A stretch of 64,000 bases of DNA. Source: Octopus vulgaris. Its lineage: Eukaryota. Every line of letters begins with the position of its first letter. Position 1 is the first letter of the stretch. Made by a program: the position numbers and the translations under genes. The stretch spans positions 20,832,001-20,896,000 of the forward strand of contig OX597825.1 in the NCBI GenBank assembly GCA_951406725.2, in the 5' to 3' direction. This document shows, piece by piece, positions 39,921 to 54,279 of the stretch. The notes beneath the pieces were generated by a model. It ran no database searches, had not been told where the DNA came from, and saw only the letters and a list, made by a program, of their open reading frames with translations.

Positions 39921-40299
39921 GTTGTGTGTGTGTGCGTGTGTAGAAAATGAAAGTAAAGGGAAAGAAAGAAAGCTTTCTTTTCCTTTTACTTTCATTTTCT
40001 ACTTCTGTACCACGATACTTCAAGCGAACTGTTGTGCTCTTATATATGTGTGTGTGTGGGTGTATGTGTGTATGAAATAATAATAATCCTTTATACTATA
40101 GACACAAGGCCTGAAATTCATTGGAGCAGGCCTAACCGATTACATCAACCCCAGTACTCAACTGGTACTTATTTTAGCAACCCCGAAAGGATAAAAGGCA
40201 AAGTTGACGTCAGAGAAATTTGAGCTCAGAGCATAAAGGTGGAACAAATGTTAAGCATTTTGTTCAGTACAATAAACATCCTTCCAGTTTACAACCTTA

Positions 40300-40612
40300 A
40301 TTATTATCATCATCATCATCTTCATCGTTAACGTCAATTTTCCATGCTGGCATGGGTTGGATGGTTTGACTGGAGAATGGCAAGCTAGGAGGCCGCACAA
40401 GGCTCCAATCTGATCTGACAATGTTTCTACAGCTAGATGCCCTTCCTAACGCCAACCACACTGAGAGGGTAGTGGGTGATTTTTATGTGCCACCAGCACA
40501 GGAACCAGTCAGGTGGTACTGGCGTTGGCCACATTAGGATGGTGCTTTTTATGTGCCACCGGCACAGGAGCCAATCTAGGTGGGTGGGGATGGCATCGAC
40601 CACATTCAGATG
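40300..40612 (-). mobile_element. SINE-like family C
   Basis: (CAT)n plus CCATGCTGGCATGGGTTGGA...GATGCCCTTCCTAACGCCAACC. Confidence 0.85.
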
Positions 40613-41202
40613 GTACACACATACATACACACGCACATGCACACACACACATACATGCACCATGCACACGCATAAAATAATGATGACTATCACCTCCCCA
40701 CCACCATTAACGAAGTCACTGCTATTATTTCTACAATAAACCTACATACATATATGCATATAATATATATGTATACATACATACACATATACATAAACAT
40801 ACAGATACACACACACATAACTATAACAACTACCATTACCACCACCACCACCACCACCACCACCACCACTGCCATTACGGTAGTCATTAGAATTACAATT
40901 ACATAATTATAAACCAAACTATAACAACAACCTCCCACCACATAAGGGGAACGTTGACCCCTGCTACCATCAGTACTGCAATCCCTATCACCACATCCGC
41001 AACCACCACACAATTCTCTTCCTCCCCACCACCACCACCACCACCACCACACCTCTCCATGTGTCCACAACAACGACGACGATGACTACAACAGCAACAA
41101 CAGCAGAATTTGCCTGAATAAATAGAAAATTTGGTCAACTAATTCACACATGGAAACCATCATAGGTTTGATACCAAGACAACCATCATCATCATTATTA
41201 TG

Positions 41203-41240
<38 letters not shown>

Positions 41241-41679
41241 AAGCACCATCACCACCGCTAACTTTGCTTTCACCATCAACAAATCACTAACTTTGCTATC
41301 CTCTTTATATCCTTCCAGCCAGCCATCTAGCATAACCTGCTTGATATTTTGGGGATGGTCATGGGAATAGAGTACTCAAGTACCTCCTCCATAAGTACTA
41401 TGAAAGTGAACTGTGTTCAACGTGATAAATTACACCAGTATATGATGTTTCAAACTGTTTAGTTAACAAAAAAAATTTTTTAATCTATAAGCCAAACTGA
41501 AGAGATCCTCGCCTCCCCCTATTGGGAGTTTTTCATTGTTACAATCTTTCGTTGTTAAACAGTTTTTACTCAAATTTGTTTCAAAAACGGACAAAACCCT
41601 TTGTAACCTTTCGTCCTGTTTTGTCCCTTTATGTTTATTAATCATGTGTGTCAGCCCTTGTGGCCAATAAAAAGAATTA

Positions 41680-41711
<32 letters not shown>

Positions 41712-41714
41712 ACA

Positions 41715-41950
41715 AGACGAAGAGTGCAGTACAATTGCAATAGACATTTTATTGGTTGAACAATATTTCAACAGCAAGCCTGTCTTTGTTGAGTTCAAAA
41801 TAAGAAGTGATAGAAATTCATAAAACTCAAAGTTATAGAAATTTGAATTTTTATCAATTTTTATCAATTTTTATTTCAGACTCAACAAAGACAGGCTTGC
41901 TATTGAAATATCGTTCAACCAACAAAATATTTATCATGCTCTTCGTCTTC
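41715..41950. repeat. About 105-bp inverted repeat with a short spacer
   Basis: GGTTGAACAATATTTCAACAGCAAGCCTGTCTTTGTTGAG versus CTCAACAAAGACAGGCTTGCTATTGAAATATCGTTCAACC. Confidence 0.9.
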
Positions 41951-42014
41951 TGTTTACCTTTGTGAAGAGTTACATCAATCCTTTATAAATATTACTATTA
42001 TCATTATTATTATA

Positions 42015-42414
42015 GGTGCAGAAGTGGCTGTATGGTAAGTAGCTTGCTTACCAACCACATGGTTCTGGGTTCAGTCCCACTGCGTAGCACCTTGGGCAAG
42101 TGTCTTCTGCTATAGCCTCGGGCCAACCAAAGCCTTGTGAGTGGATTTGGTAGACAGAAACTGAAAGAAGCCCAACGTATATATGTATATGTATATATAT
42201 ATATGTGTATGTGTTTGTGTGTCTGTGTTTGTCCCCCCAACATTAATTGACAACCGATGCTGGTGTGTTTACGCACCTGTAACTTAGCGGTTCAGCAAAA
42301 GATACCGATAGAATAAGTACTAGGGTTACAAAGAAGAAGTACTGGGGGCGATTTGCTCGACTAAAGGCAGTGCTACAGCATGGCCACAAGTAAAAGGAGT
42401 AAAAGAAAAAAGAG
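42015..42414 (+). mobile_element. Full-length SINE family A
   Basis: Head to tail match. Confidence 0.9.
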
Positions 42415-42953
42415 TATAATAATTTATAACACTGATACAAGGTAACAAATTTTAGAAGGCTAGGCACAGTTAATTGAACTGCTCATAATCAACTTTCCAA
42501 AGGATAGAACACAAAGTTGGTGTGTGTGGAATTTAAGCTCAGAAGGTTAAAAGATGTAATTAAAAGTATTTATTCAGGAATCCTACTGTTTTTGAGACTC
42601 TCTTCTGTTGTAGTTATTCTAGTTATTCTAAATATTATCTTACTTGTTTCAATTACAGGAATGTAGGTCACTCCGAGGAGTCTCAAATATTTACACTCCT
42701 CTCCATGTTAATCAATAATAATGATAATAAAAATGGTTTCAAATTTTGGTACAAGGCCAGAAATCTTAGAGGAGGGGGTAAGTCGATTACATTGACCCCC
42801 AGTACTTATACTGGTACTTATTTTATCGACCCTGAAAGGATGATGGGGCTGAGTTGACCTCGGTAGAATTTGAACTCAGAATGTAAAGATGGGGGCGAAA
42901 TGCTGCTAAGCATTTTGCCTGGTGTGCTAAGCAGCTTAATAATAATAATTATG

Positions 42954-42986
<33 letters not shown>

Positions 42987-43168
42987 AGGGTTGTTGTTGT
43001 TGTTGTCCATCATTAATTGTTTAATCCATACCAGCATCAAAAAAGTGGATATAAAAAAAATATAAATCAGTCCCACTGCGTGGCATCTTGGGCATCTTCT
43101 GCTATAGCCCTGGGCCGACCAATGCCTTGTGAGTGGATTTGGTAGACGGAAACTGAAAGAAGCCCATC

Positions 43169-43206
<38 letters not shown>

Positions 43207-43702
43207 GTGTGTATGTGTGTGTGTTTGTCCCCCTAGCATTGCTTGACAACCGATGCTGGTGTGTTTACGTCCCCGTCACTTAGCGGTTCGGCAAAAGAGA
43301 CCGATAGAATAAGTACTGGGCTTACAATGAATAAGTCCCGGGCTCGACTAAAGGCGGTGCTCCAGCATGGCGGCAGTCAAATGTCTGAAACAAGTAAAAG
43401 AGAGAAAAGAGAAAGAGAACCATGTTTTTTTAAAAACGGTTTTTGGTCAGGTTAGAAGGAGAGCAGATGAGAAGTCTGTGACAATGCTTTGCACTGTTTA
43501 CCATAAAAGTGCTTTTCATGAGTCACTGAGTTAACGAATTAAACTCATTGACATCTAAAGAGTCTTGAACAAGAGATATAGACATGACAAAGTGCCAGTT
43601 GTGGAACAGAAACCACCAATCCCATTCATCCAAAGATTATTTAAAGCGAACAAGATAAAAATTTAAAAAAAAAAAAACAGAAAAGAGAAAAAAAATGACG
43701 AT

Positions 43703-43758
<56 letters not shown>

Positions 43759-44574
43759 TTAACATCTGTTTTTCATGCTGGCATGGGTTGGACTATAAAA
43801 AAAAACCCCAGGAAAATAGAAGATCATCATCATCATCATCATCGTTTAATGTCCACTTTCCGCGCTAGCACAGGTTGGACGGTTCGACCGGGGTCTGGGA
43901 AGCCAGGAGGCTGCACCAGGCTCCAGTCTGATCTGGCAGTGTTTCTACAGCTGGATGCCCTTCCTAACACCAACCACTCCGCGAGTGTAGATATAGATAA
44001 AAAACAATTCCTATTGGAATTATAAGATTTTAAAAACATCGGATAAAGAGAGAGCAGGGAGAAAGAGAGAGAGAGAGAGACATACAGACAGACAGACAGA
44101 CAGACAGAGAGAGAGAGAGAGAGAGAGAGATGGGTGGATGGATGGATGGATGGATGCGATGAGCTTCCATACAGTTTTTGTCTACCAAATTCACTCACAT
44201 GGCATCTGTCAGCCTGAAGCAATTGCACAAGGTAACACTTTCACAAGGTGACACACAGTGGAACTGAACCGCAAAAAAAAAACACGCTTGCAAGGCCAGC
44301 TTCTAAACCACACATCTATGCCTGTGCCTTGTTCGCATAACAATGTTTAGCTTGTGAGAGCAGATATATATATATATACAAAAGAAGAGCAAAATAAGGG
44401 TCCTTTGAATACATAAAAAGATACTTAAGGAGCTGTTTATATAAGGTTATGTCATTTGGTTATTATAAACACTGAGTGTCTATAATGAAGGAGCAGCTGT
44501 CAGGGAGTCTCAAATAACCCAATGTTTGCACTAATAGTTAGAGAATTAACCTTGTGTCGTACATGATATGCTGC

Positions 44575-44590
44575 CTGTACACGTGTGTGT

Positions 44591-44635
<45 letters not shown>

Positions 44636-44721
44636 TATGTGTGTGTATGTCTATAAATATATGTGTGTGTGTCTATATACATGTGTGTGTGCGTGCGTCT
44701 ATATATGTGTGTGTGTGTCTC

Positions 44722-44752
<31 letters not shown>

Positions 44753-45067
44753 CTGTATATATGTATGTGTGTGTGTGTCTATATATGTGTGTGTGTGTGT
44801 GTCTATATATATATGTGTGTGTGTGCGTGTGTCTATATATATGTGTGTTTGTGTCTATATATATGTGTGTGTGTGTGTTTGTGCATGTGTCTATATGTGT
44901 GTGTGCATGTGTGTGTGTCTATATATATGCGTAGGTGTGTGTGTGTGCGCGCGTGTCTATGTGTGTGTGTGTGTCTATATATGTGTGTGTGTGTATGTGT
45001 GTGTGTGTGTGCGTGTGTCTATATGTGTGTGTGTGTTTCTATATATATATGTGTGTGTGTGCATGTG

Positions 45068-45104
<37 letters not shown>

Positions 45105-45150
45105 CTATATACATATGTGTGTGTCTATATTCATGTGTGTGTGTGTCTAT
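44575..45150. repeat. (GT)n-CTAT-(AT)n minisatellite-like array
   Basis: Recurrent GTGTGTCTATATATATGT unit. Confidence 0.9.
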
Positions 45151-45475
45151 GGCAGAATCGTTAGCACACCGGGCGAAATGCTTAGCAGTATTTCACCTGC
45201 CGCTATGTTCTGTGTTCAAATTCCGCCGAGGTCAACTTTGCCTTTCATCTTTTCGGGGTCAATTAAATAAGTACCAGTTAACTTAATCCCTTTGTCTGTC
45301 CTTGTTTTTCCCCTCTATGTTTAGCCTCCTGTGCGTGAGTACTAACACGTATACACACTAACAATATATCACGCCATCTGTATGCATGTATGTACTGAAA
45401 TCCACACATCCTCATATTAGTGTGTATGTACGCACCAACTTATCTCTATTATTATGTATGCGAATCAACAAGTGT

Positions 45476-45640
<165 letters not shown>

Positions 45641-46552
45641 GCACTGGCACCAGCAGAATGAGTGTATGTGTTGTGTATTAGTACAAGTTTGCACTCAGTA
45701 CAATACACTACAGGAAAACTTTGCTGCTGCTGCTGCTACTGCTGCTGCTACTGCTGCTGCTTCCCCAGATCATCCCTAATATAGCAGACCTATATGACCA
45801 AAGACATTCCGGCTGAGAACAATACCATATTTTGTTCAGACATAGTCTATCTAAGACTCATATCATCCAATGTGTCCTAGATTTTTTTTGTTTTTCATTT
45901 TTTAGTAAGACAGTAAGGTATTATATGAGGAAAATTTGGGTTCTATTTTAAGCAGGGTTCAATGACCACATAGAGGCTCTCTCATTAGTTTTCTTGTTTC
46001 AGTTGTTGTTCTTGCTTATCTCCAGGTAACTCCTGATTCAAGAAAGTCTATGATAAAAAGCTTATTCAGTTATAAGATATCTCAGACAACATTCCCCGAT
46101 GTATGATTCACTTTTTAATTAAAGTAAAGGGACTTAGCAGCTATTTCTAGCCTGTTGGGTGACCATGTAAAGCAGCATATCCCAACCAAGATTGCCCAGA
46201 ACCTTACGGATCCATCATGTATCATATAATTATGTTCACTTCTTACCAGTTGCATCCAGTTTTTCTAACTTAGAGGACATAGAACTGCTGACTCTCATTA
46301 ATTTTGCTCCTGTCAAATTTTTTCCCTGAAGAAAAGTTGTCTGAAATGTTGGATTCTCCTTTACCCAAAGCAATTTTGCCATAGGTGCAGGTGCAGATGT
46401 GTGGTAAGAAAGCTTGCTTCCCAACCACATGGTTCCAGGTTCAGTCCCACTGTGTGGCACTTTGGGCAAGTGTCTTCTACTATAGCCTTGGGCCAACCAA
46501 AGCCTTGTGAGTGGATTTGGGAGATGGAAACTGAAAGAAGCCCACCGACTAT

Positions 46553-46617
46553 TAGGGTCTGATGAGACATATGTAAAGCCAAGCAGTTTATGAACATGAA
46601 AACCCTGGGTAACCCTA
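46553..46617 (+). ncRNA. Type I hammerhead ribozyme-like motif with a canonical CUGAUGA core
   Basis: UAGGGU CUGAUGA [imperfect stem II] GAAA ACCC-U-GGGU A / ACCCUA: perfect 6-bp stem I, palindromic stem III, GUA triplet. Confidence 0.65.
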
Positions 46618-46859
46618 TGAACTGTTCATAACTATCTTTATCTAAATATACATATACACTTATATATATATACATAAATATATATTTGGAGTATTTTGGA
46701 AATTCTTTGATACAGTTATGATATTTGGAGAGAAGATTTTTTTCTCAAAGAGTTAAGATTGAGACAAGAACCTTTCTAGAAAGTCGAAACACACTAACCT
46801 TTGGGAAGAAGTTTCACAAAAAGTGTGTGGCTTTTGCTGTTATAGATGTGCAAGCAATT

Positions 46860-46914
<55 letters not shown>

Positions 46915-46957
46915 ATGTATATATATATATATATATAAATATGGATGTATGTATATA

Positions 46958-47305
46958 GGTGCAGGAGTGGCTGTGTATTAAGTAGCTTGCTTACCAAACA
47001 CATGGTTCCAAGTTCAGTCCCACTGCGTGGCACCTTGGGCTAGTGTCTTCTGCTATAACCTTGGGCCAACCAAAACCTTGTGAGTAGATTTGATAGATGG
47101 AAACTGAAAGAAGTCAATCATGTGTGTGTGTGTGTGGTTGTGTTTGACACCCCCCACCACCATCAATTGACAAGCAATGCTGGTGCGTTTACATCCCCAT
47201 AACTTAGCAGTTTGGCAAAAGAGACTGATAGAATAAGTACTAGGCTTACATAGAGTAAGTGCTGGTTGCCATCAAATGACTGAAACAAATAAAAGAATAA
47301 AAGAA
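46958..47305 (+). mobile_element. SINE family A
   Basis: Match to other copies. Confidence 0.88.
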
Positions 47306-47988
47306 TACAGTATATACTCCTTAAGAAACGGTAATTCTGACATCTGAGCTAGTAAGAACTCAATTATCTCTTAATGGAGAATTATATGGGAATTTGGTCT
47401 AAACAAGACCTTCATTATCATCATCGTTATCATCACCATCATCACCACAACCACTGTCATCATCATCATAATTATCATTTAACATCCATTTTCCCATACT
47501 TGTGTAGGTCAGACAGAATTTATCAAGGCTGATCCTGTTTCCAATCCTCACCAATTTCCCAGCAAGGGACCAGATGTTTAGACCGAAGATTGGCAGCAAA
47601 GGACACATGACATGACAGTGATACTCACAACTACCACACAATATCAAGGAAAGGAGACAGTAACACACACACACACACACATAAACACACATACACACAC
47701 ATACAAATGCACAAGCATGTAACAAAACCAAAATGCTAAGCCTTTTGCATTCACAGAGTTACCTAATGCTGGCTAATGACTATAATATTCTTTTTTACAT
47801 ATACTGCTTTCAAATTCTGGCACAAGGCCAGCAATTTCAGGTGCAGGGATAAGTCGAATACACCAACACCAGTGTTCAACTGGTACTTATTTAATCAACC
47901 CCAAAAGGGGTAAAAGGCAAAGTCAACCTCAGCGGAATTTGAACTCAGAACATAAAGATGTATGAAATGCAACTAAGCACTTTGCCCA

Positions 47989-48198
47989 TTATTCTTTTAC
48001 TTGTTTCAGTCATTTGACTGCGGCCATGCTGGAGCACCACCTTTAGTCAAACAAATCGACCCAAGGACTTATTCGTTGTAAGCCTAGTACTTATTCTACT
48101 ATTCCCTTTCGCCGAACCACTAAGTTATAGGGACATAAACACACCAGCATTGGTTGACAAGCAATGGTGGGGGAACAAACACAGACACACAAACATAT

Positions 48199-48247
<49 letters not shown>

Positions 48248-48504
48248 CATATGTATATATACATACATACATGTATGTATATGTATATATATATATATAT
48301 ATATATACATACATGTATGTATGTATGTATGTATACATATGACGGTCTTCTTTCAGTTTCTGTCAACCAAATCCACTCACAAGGCTTTGGTCAGCTCGAG
48401 GCTATAATAATAAAAGACACTTGCCCAAGGTGCCATGCAGTGGAACTGAACCTGGAACCTTGTGGTCGGGAAGCAAGCTTCTTACCACACAGCCACTCCT
48501 GTGC
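47989..48504 (-). mobile_element. Full-length SINE family A
   Basis: Head to tail match. Confidence 0.9.
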
Positions 48505-49258
48505 AAACAACAATTCTGGGCACTTCACCTCCTTATTATGTTTTTACGTATATTACCAGAGGCACCAACATCAGAGGGTCTACCCTAACCACTTGTGATG
48601 AATCACAGTAACAAAAAAAAAGCAAAAACGGAATGTCGTCAGCTGGGCAAACGATACGATTCATCTTATTCTTTGTTTGTCACGACTTTTTGAGAGACAA
48701 GGGCACAAGAATATTAATGTTACATAAGAGACCAGCTTCAAAAAAGGAGGTTGTGAGCTATTTGACGTATAAAAGTATTTCTTAGTGTTGTCATACTGGG
48801 ATGCAAGTGGTTACAAGGGTGGTTTGGTGGAATGGGGGTGAAAAATACTGAAGAGTTGCAGAGTGCTAACAGCTGCTCAAAGCTAAAGTATTCTAAAAAA
48901 ACAACAAAAAAGGCTAAGTGTCTCTCGTGTAGTCTTTTATTTTACCCACTTTATTTTATTTTTTTTCTGTTATTTTTGCTTTTTTTTTTCAAGTTTTTTC
49001 GTGTTGTTGTTTCATGTGTTTTCCTTTGCTAAGTATATGAAAAAGATTATCAAATGTTACGCTTGTGTGTGTATGTGAGTTGCATGTGTGTGTGTACGTG
49101 TGTATGTGTGTGTGTGTGTGTGTGGGGTGGGGGAACAAATTAAATCTAATACATTTTCTATGTTCTAGCATGATACTTATTCTACCAGTCCTTTTCACCA
49201 AACCATTAAGTTGCAGGGATGTAAACAAATCAACATATATATGTGTGTAAATATATAT

Positions 49259-49305
<47 letters not shown>

Positions 49306-49521
49306 GCTTCTTTCAGTTTCTGTCTACCAAATCCACTAATAAGGCTTTGGTCGACCAGAGGCAATAGTAGAAGACACTTGCCCAAGGTGCCACGCTGTGG
49401 GACTGAACCCAGAACCATGTGTTTGGTAAAGCAAGCTACTTACCACACAGCCACTCCTGCGCCTATGCGTATGTGCGAAATTAAAAATATAAAATGGCAA
49501 CAATTTACCCATCGCACTCTG

Positions 49522-49690
<169 letters not shown>

Positions 49691-49743
49691 ATTAGAAAAT
49701 GGAGAAACATACTTAAATCAATCAAACATCAACCATCAGATAC

Positions 49744-49780
<37 letters not shown>

Positions 49781-49834
49781 TTATATGTAGATACATCTAT
49801 ATATTTATTTATGCAAGTGTATATATATTTATGC

Positions 49835-49892
<58 letters not shown>

Positions 49893-50282
49893 GATATGAA
49901 GATGATGATGACAATGATGTTTGGTTTATATTTTTGTTTTGTATGTGTTTTTTATTGGGTTTGGTCTGTTAAAAAAGTGGAAGAAGCTTGTACACTATTT
50001 ATTGCCATAAAAGTGCAACCTTTCATAAACATACACACACACAAAAACACACACACACATGCAACCAAGCACACACACACACGCATGCAACCAAGCACAC
50101 ACATACACTCACAGAGAAGGAGAAGATGGAGGTGTATTGAATACAGTACAGGTTAATGAAACACACACCTTTATTTCACAACACCTGAGTCATTAAGTCA
50201 GGACTTTTTGCATAATCTGTGTTTATGATGTTTCTTGTTATCACTATTCTTTATATTGTTTTTACTAATAGGGTATATAATA

Positions 50283-50337
<55 letters not shown>

Positions 50338-50564
50338 CAATAAAGTACAAAATAGTAAATAGTAGTAAATACTATTTTGTATTTTATTGATTTAAAATTA
50401 GGTTTTTTTTATAGTATATGTTTTTTTATAGTATATGTTTTCTATATGGTGTGAATAACATCTTTCTTTATTGAATTATTTAACAGTGGTTTTTCTCTAA
50501 ATTATATACATATTTAATTTAAAATTGAATTTTTCCCTGTAAGTTTTGGAATTATATTCCCTAC

Positions 50565-50601
<37 letters not shown>

Positions 50602-51154
50602 TATACATGCGTGTATGTGTGTGTGTGTGTGTGTGTAGGCACTGGTGTTTCTGAGTGGTAAGAAGTTTGCTTCCCAACCCCATGGTTCTGGGTTCAGTCC
50701 CACAGCGTGAGTGAAATGACCAGAGATTTGTGACTGGATTTGGTAGACAAGCCGGAAGAAGCCAATTGTCTATGTGTTTGTGTGTGTCCGCCTGTGTGTG
50801 TGCACGCACATGCATCCACGCATGCATGTGTGCGCATCTTTCTATCTTTGTATCTGTATTTGTACTTTCACACACCACTTGACAACCGGTGTTAGTGTGC
50901 TTACATCCCAATAACTTAGTGGTTCAGCAAAAAAGTCTGATAAAATAGATACCAAGCAAATAATAAGTCTTGGAGCCGATTCATTCAACTAAAGTTCTTC
51001 AAAGCTGTGCTCCAGCATGGCCACAGTCTAAGAAGTAAAAGATAAAAGTAAAAGATATATATATGTGTGTGTGTGAGTGTATATATATATATATATATAC
51101 ACATATATATATACACATACAAATATACATATATATACATATATATATACATAT

Positions 51155-51213
<59 letters not shown>

Positions 51214-51453
51214 TGTATATATATAGACACGAACACACACACACACACACATACACACACACACATATATATATACTTCATGTTTTTGTATTTGGTTTGC
51301 AAGATTCTTTATGTGAAGATCTGTGTTGAAATATATTTTGTTGTATCTGGGAGAGTCATGATTCTGCCAAGACATAACAAAATATATATATATATATTAC
51401 TGAAATGTACTTGCATAGCAAGTGACCTGATCTGAGATTGTGTGCTGAATCAA

Positions 51454-51745
51454 AAACAATTGCAGTGTGGAAGGTGTTTTTAAGCCATTTAAAAACACAT
51501 AAAAACCCGTTAGATTCACTTCTACATTTAAATTTAATTTGCCAAAATATTTTTGTTGCTTTGAGACCACGACCTGTTCACTGACATTTGTCAGTGAATA
51601 GGTCATGGAATTTTGTCTGTGAATAGGTCACGGTCTTGAAGCAACAAACATATTTTGGCAAATTAAATTTAAATGTAGAAGTGGATCTAACGGGTTTTTA
51701 TATGTTTTTAAATGGCTTATTAACACCTTCCACACTGCAATTGTT

Positions 51746-51746
<1 letters not shown>
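51454..51746. repeat. About 133-bp inverted repeat with a short tandem duplication at the centre
   Basis: AAACAATTGCAGTGTGGAAGGTGTT...CACTGACA versus TGTCTGTG...AACACCTTCCACACTGCAATTGTTT. Confidence 0.93.
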
Positions 51747-51806
<60 letters not shown>

Positions 51807-51812
51807 GTATAT

Positions 51813-52200
51813 ATCATCATCATCATCATCATCATCGTTTAGCGTCCGTTTTCCATGCTAGCATGGGTTGGACGGTTCTACTGGGGTCTGTGAAGCCAGA
51901 AGGCTTCATCAGGCCCAGTCAAATCTGGCAGTGTTTCTACGGCTGGATGCCCTTCCTAACGCCAACCACTCCGTGAGTGTAGTGGGTGCTTTTTACGTGC
52001 CACCCGCACTGGTGCCAGACAGAGCTGGCAAACGGCCACGAACGGATGGTGCTTTTTATTGTGCCACCGGCACGAGGGCCAGGCGAGGCTGGCAACGGAC
52101 ACGAAACGGGGCGGTGCTGGCAACGGTCGCGAAACGGAAAGTTCTCTTACATGCCACCGGCACTGGTAACACATCTGCAATTTCCATTGATCGATAAAGA
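51813..52200 (-). mobile_element. SINE-like family C, long CpG-rich copy
   Basis: (CAT)n tail plus body with repeated GTGCCACCGGCAC modules. Confidence 0.88.
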
Positions 52201-52373
52201 ATAGTGATGACAACAACCATCATTAACACAAATTATGCAAAAAGTCCTGACTCATTGACTCAGGTGTTGAGTAATAAAAGAGTGTGTTTCATTAACCTAC
52301 AATGTCTTCAATATACCTCCATCTTCTCCCTCTCTCTCTCTCTCTTTGCGAGTGTGTGTGCGTGCTTGGTTGT

Positions 52374-52429
<56 letters not shown>

Positions 52430-52465
52430 ATGAAATGTACCTTTATGCCAATAAATAGTTTTTTG

Positions 52466-52506
<41 letters not shown>

Positions 52507-52653
52507 CGCTATTTCGTTATTCAATCAATACTGAAAAGATATCATCTATAATACCCACATAGAAATAAATTAAATATATTATAATTAGTGTACTAAATAG
52601 AATCTTTTTCCTTGTTAGCTTGGAATTTTTATATTCCCTAACTATTAATAATA

Positions 52654-52684
<31 letters not shown>

Positions 52685-52733
52685 CTAGCATGGAATGCGG
52701 ACGCTAAATGATGATGATGATGATGATGATGAT

Positions 52734-52894
52734 ATAGGAGAGGAAAAAATAATAAGGCAGAATGCTAAACTGAAAGTAAATCTTAATAAAAATGGGTGTA
52801 TGAAAGATTATAAGAAAGGAATTCAAACTGGCTTTCATCGCAAGGCAAATTCTTTCAGTTTAGCATTCTGCCTTATTACTTTTTCCTCTCCTAT
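52734..52894. repeat. 43-bp inverted repeat
   Basis: ATAGGAGAGGAAAAAATAATAAGGCAGAATGCTAAACTGAAAG and its near-perfect reverse complement. Confidence 0.92.
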
Positions 52895-52936
52895 CATTTC
52901 TCCACGTGTGGTTAACACAACCCCACCATTTACTGA

Positions 52937-52970
<34 letters not shown>

Positions 52971-53278
52971 ATCGTCGGCATCATTTAATGTCTGCTTTCC
53001 ATGAGTTGGAAATGGCATGTGTTGGATGGTTTGACAGGAGCTGGGAAGCCAGAGAGCTGCACCAGGCTCCAAATGTCTGTTTTCTCAGGGTTTCTACAGT
53101 TGGACGTCCTTCCTAACACCAGCCACTTTACAGACTCTACAAGGTGCTTTTTACATGGTACCGACACAATTGCTTCCTACATGACATCAGCACAGATGCT
53201 TCTTATGTGAATCCAGCACAGGTGTTTTTTATGTGGCACAAACACACCTGCTTTTTACATGGCATATATATATATATA

Positions 53279-53667
53279 CTAGCAGTATCACCTGGCGTTG
53301 CTCGGGTTTGTAAGGGAAATAACTATATAAGCATTTTTGGAGATGTAAAGTATAATAGCCATCTCAATATAGCTAACCACAAAGGGGGGTGTTACTGTAG
53401 CTTTTTACGTTCTGAGATTTAATAATACATTTTTAGAGAGTTACTTCCCTTATATAATAGGAAAAAAATGCATTAAAAATGGGAAAAAATTATGGTAAAT
53501 TTTTTTTTAAATTGTAGACTCATCGTAGATGCGGGCTAATACCCAGAAGGGCTCGATATGAATCACGACTATAAGATACCAGCTTTTGGTTACACTGCAC
53601 TGCAAAATGTGGGAGTAGTTAGGAATCTAAATCATAAGACACACAACTTCACTTTTATATATAAAGA
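53279..53667 (-). mobile_element. Non-autonomous Helitron
   Basis: Same family as 3269-3662; TC start, hairpin plus CTAG end. Confidence 0.92.
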
Positions 53668-53764
53668 TAAGTAAAAATTTAGATTCAGACGAATTAGGTA
53701 CCTAAATTGAGGCACTAGAATTTAGTACGGTATTATCCATACAGTTTCAAAATAAGGTGATTAA

Positions 53765-53948
53765 AATCAAAAGAAGAAACAGGATATCCAGAGGTAATGC
53801 AGTATGATCATTTCAAGCAACTCCATTTAATTGAACAATGCAACCATTTACATAAATTGATGTAAATGGTTGCATTGTCCAATTAAATGGAGTTGCTTGA
53901 AACGCTTGTACTGCATTACCTCTGGATATCCTGTTGCTTATTCTGATT
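53765..53948. repeat. Long fold-back: about 88-bp arms, about 6-nt loop
   Basis: CAGGATATCCAGAGGTAATGCAGTA...CAACCATTTACAT / ATGTAAATGGTTG...TACTGCATTACCTCTGGATATCCTG. Confidence 0.93.
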
Positions 53949-54049
53949 ATATATATATGTATGTATATATGTATGCAAAAATATATATATCATCGGTAAA
54001 ACATAAATCCCAAAAAGAAGCACACTCTAAGTTATAGAGCAGTGTATGA

Positions 54050-54245
54050 TATAAATAAAGTTACATAACGCTGGTTTATGGGATTACCCTGGATTTCACA
54101 TATGCTTTATGACATATCATTAGATCCCAAACATGTTTGCTTATTTGGTTTGGGATCTGATGATACACCATAAAGTTAAGTTATGAGCTTTACAGATGTG
54201 AAACCCAGTATAATTCTTTAATCCGGTCTTACCTAATTTTATTTG
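54050..54245. mobile_element. Divergently oriented (inverted) pair of hammerhead-bearing elements, same family as 46553
   Basis: Minus 54080-54128: GGGAU CUAAUGA...GAAAUCCAGGGUA AUCCC; plus 54152-54217: GGGAU CUGAUGA...GAAACCCAGUAUA AUUCU. Confidence 0.65.
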
Positions 54246-54279
54246 TGTGTGTGAGTGTGTGTGTGTCTACATATATATA

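Noticed and set aside
52825-52865. Possible hammerhead on the minus strand (CUGAAAGA...GAAAGCCAGUU)
   Set aside because: Core spacing and stem II do not fit well enough; left out of the motif list
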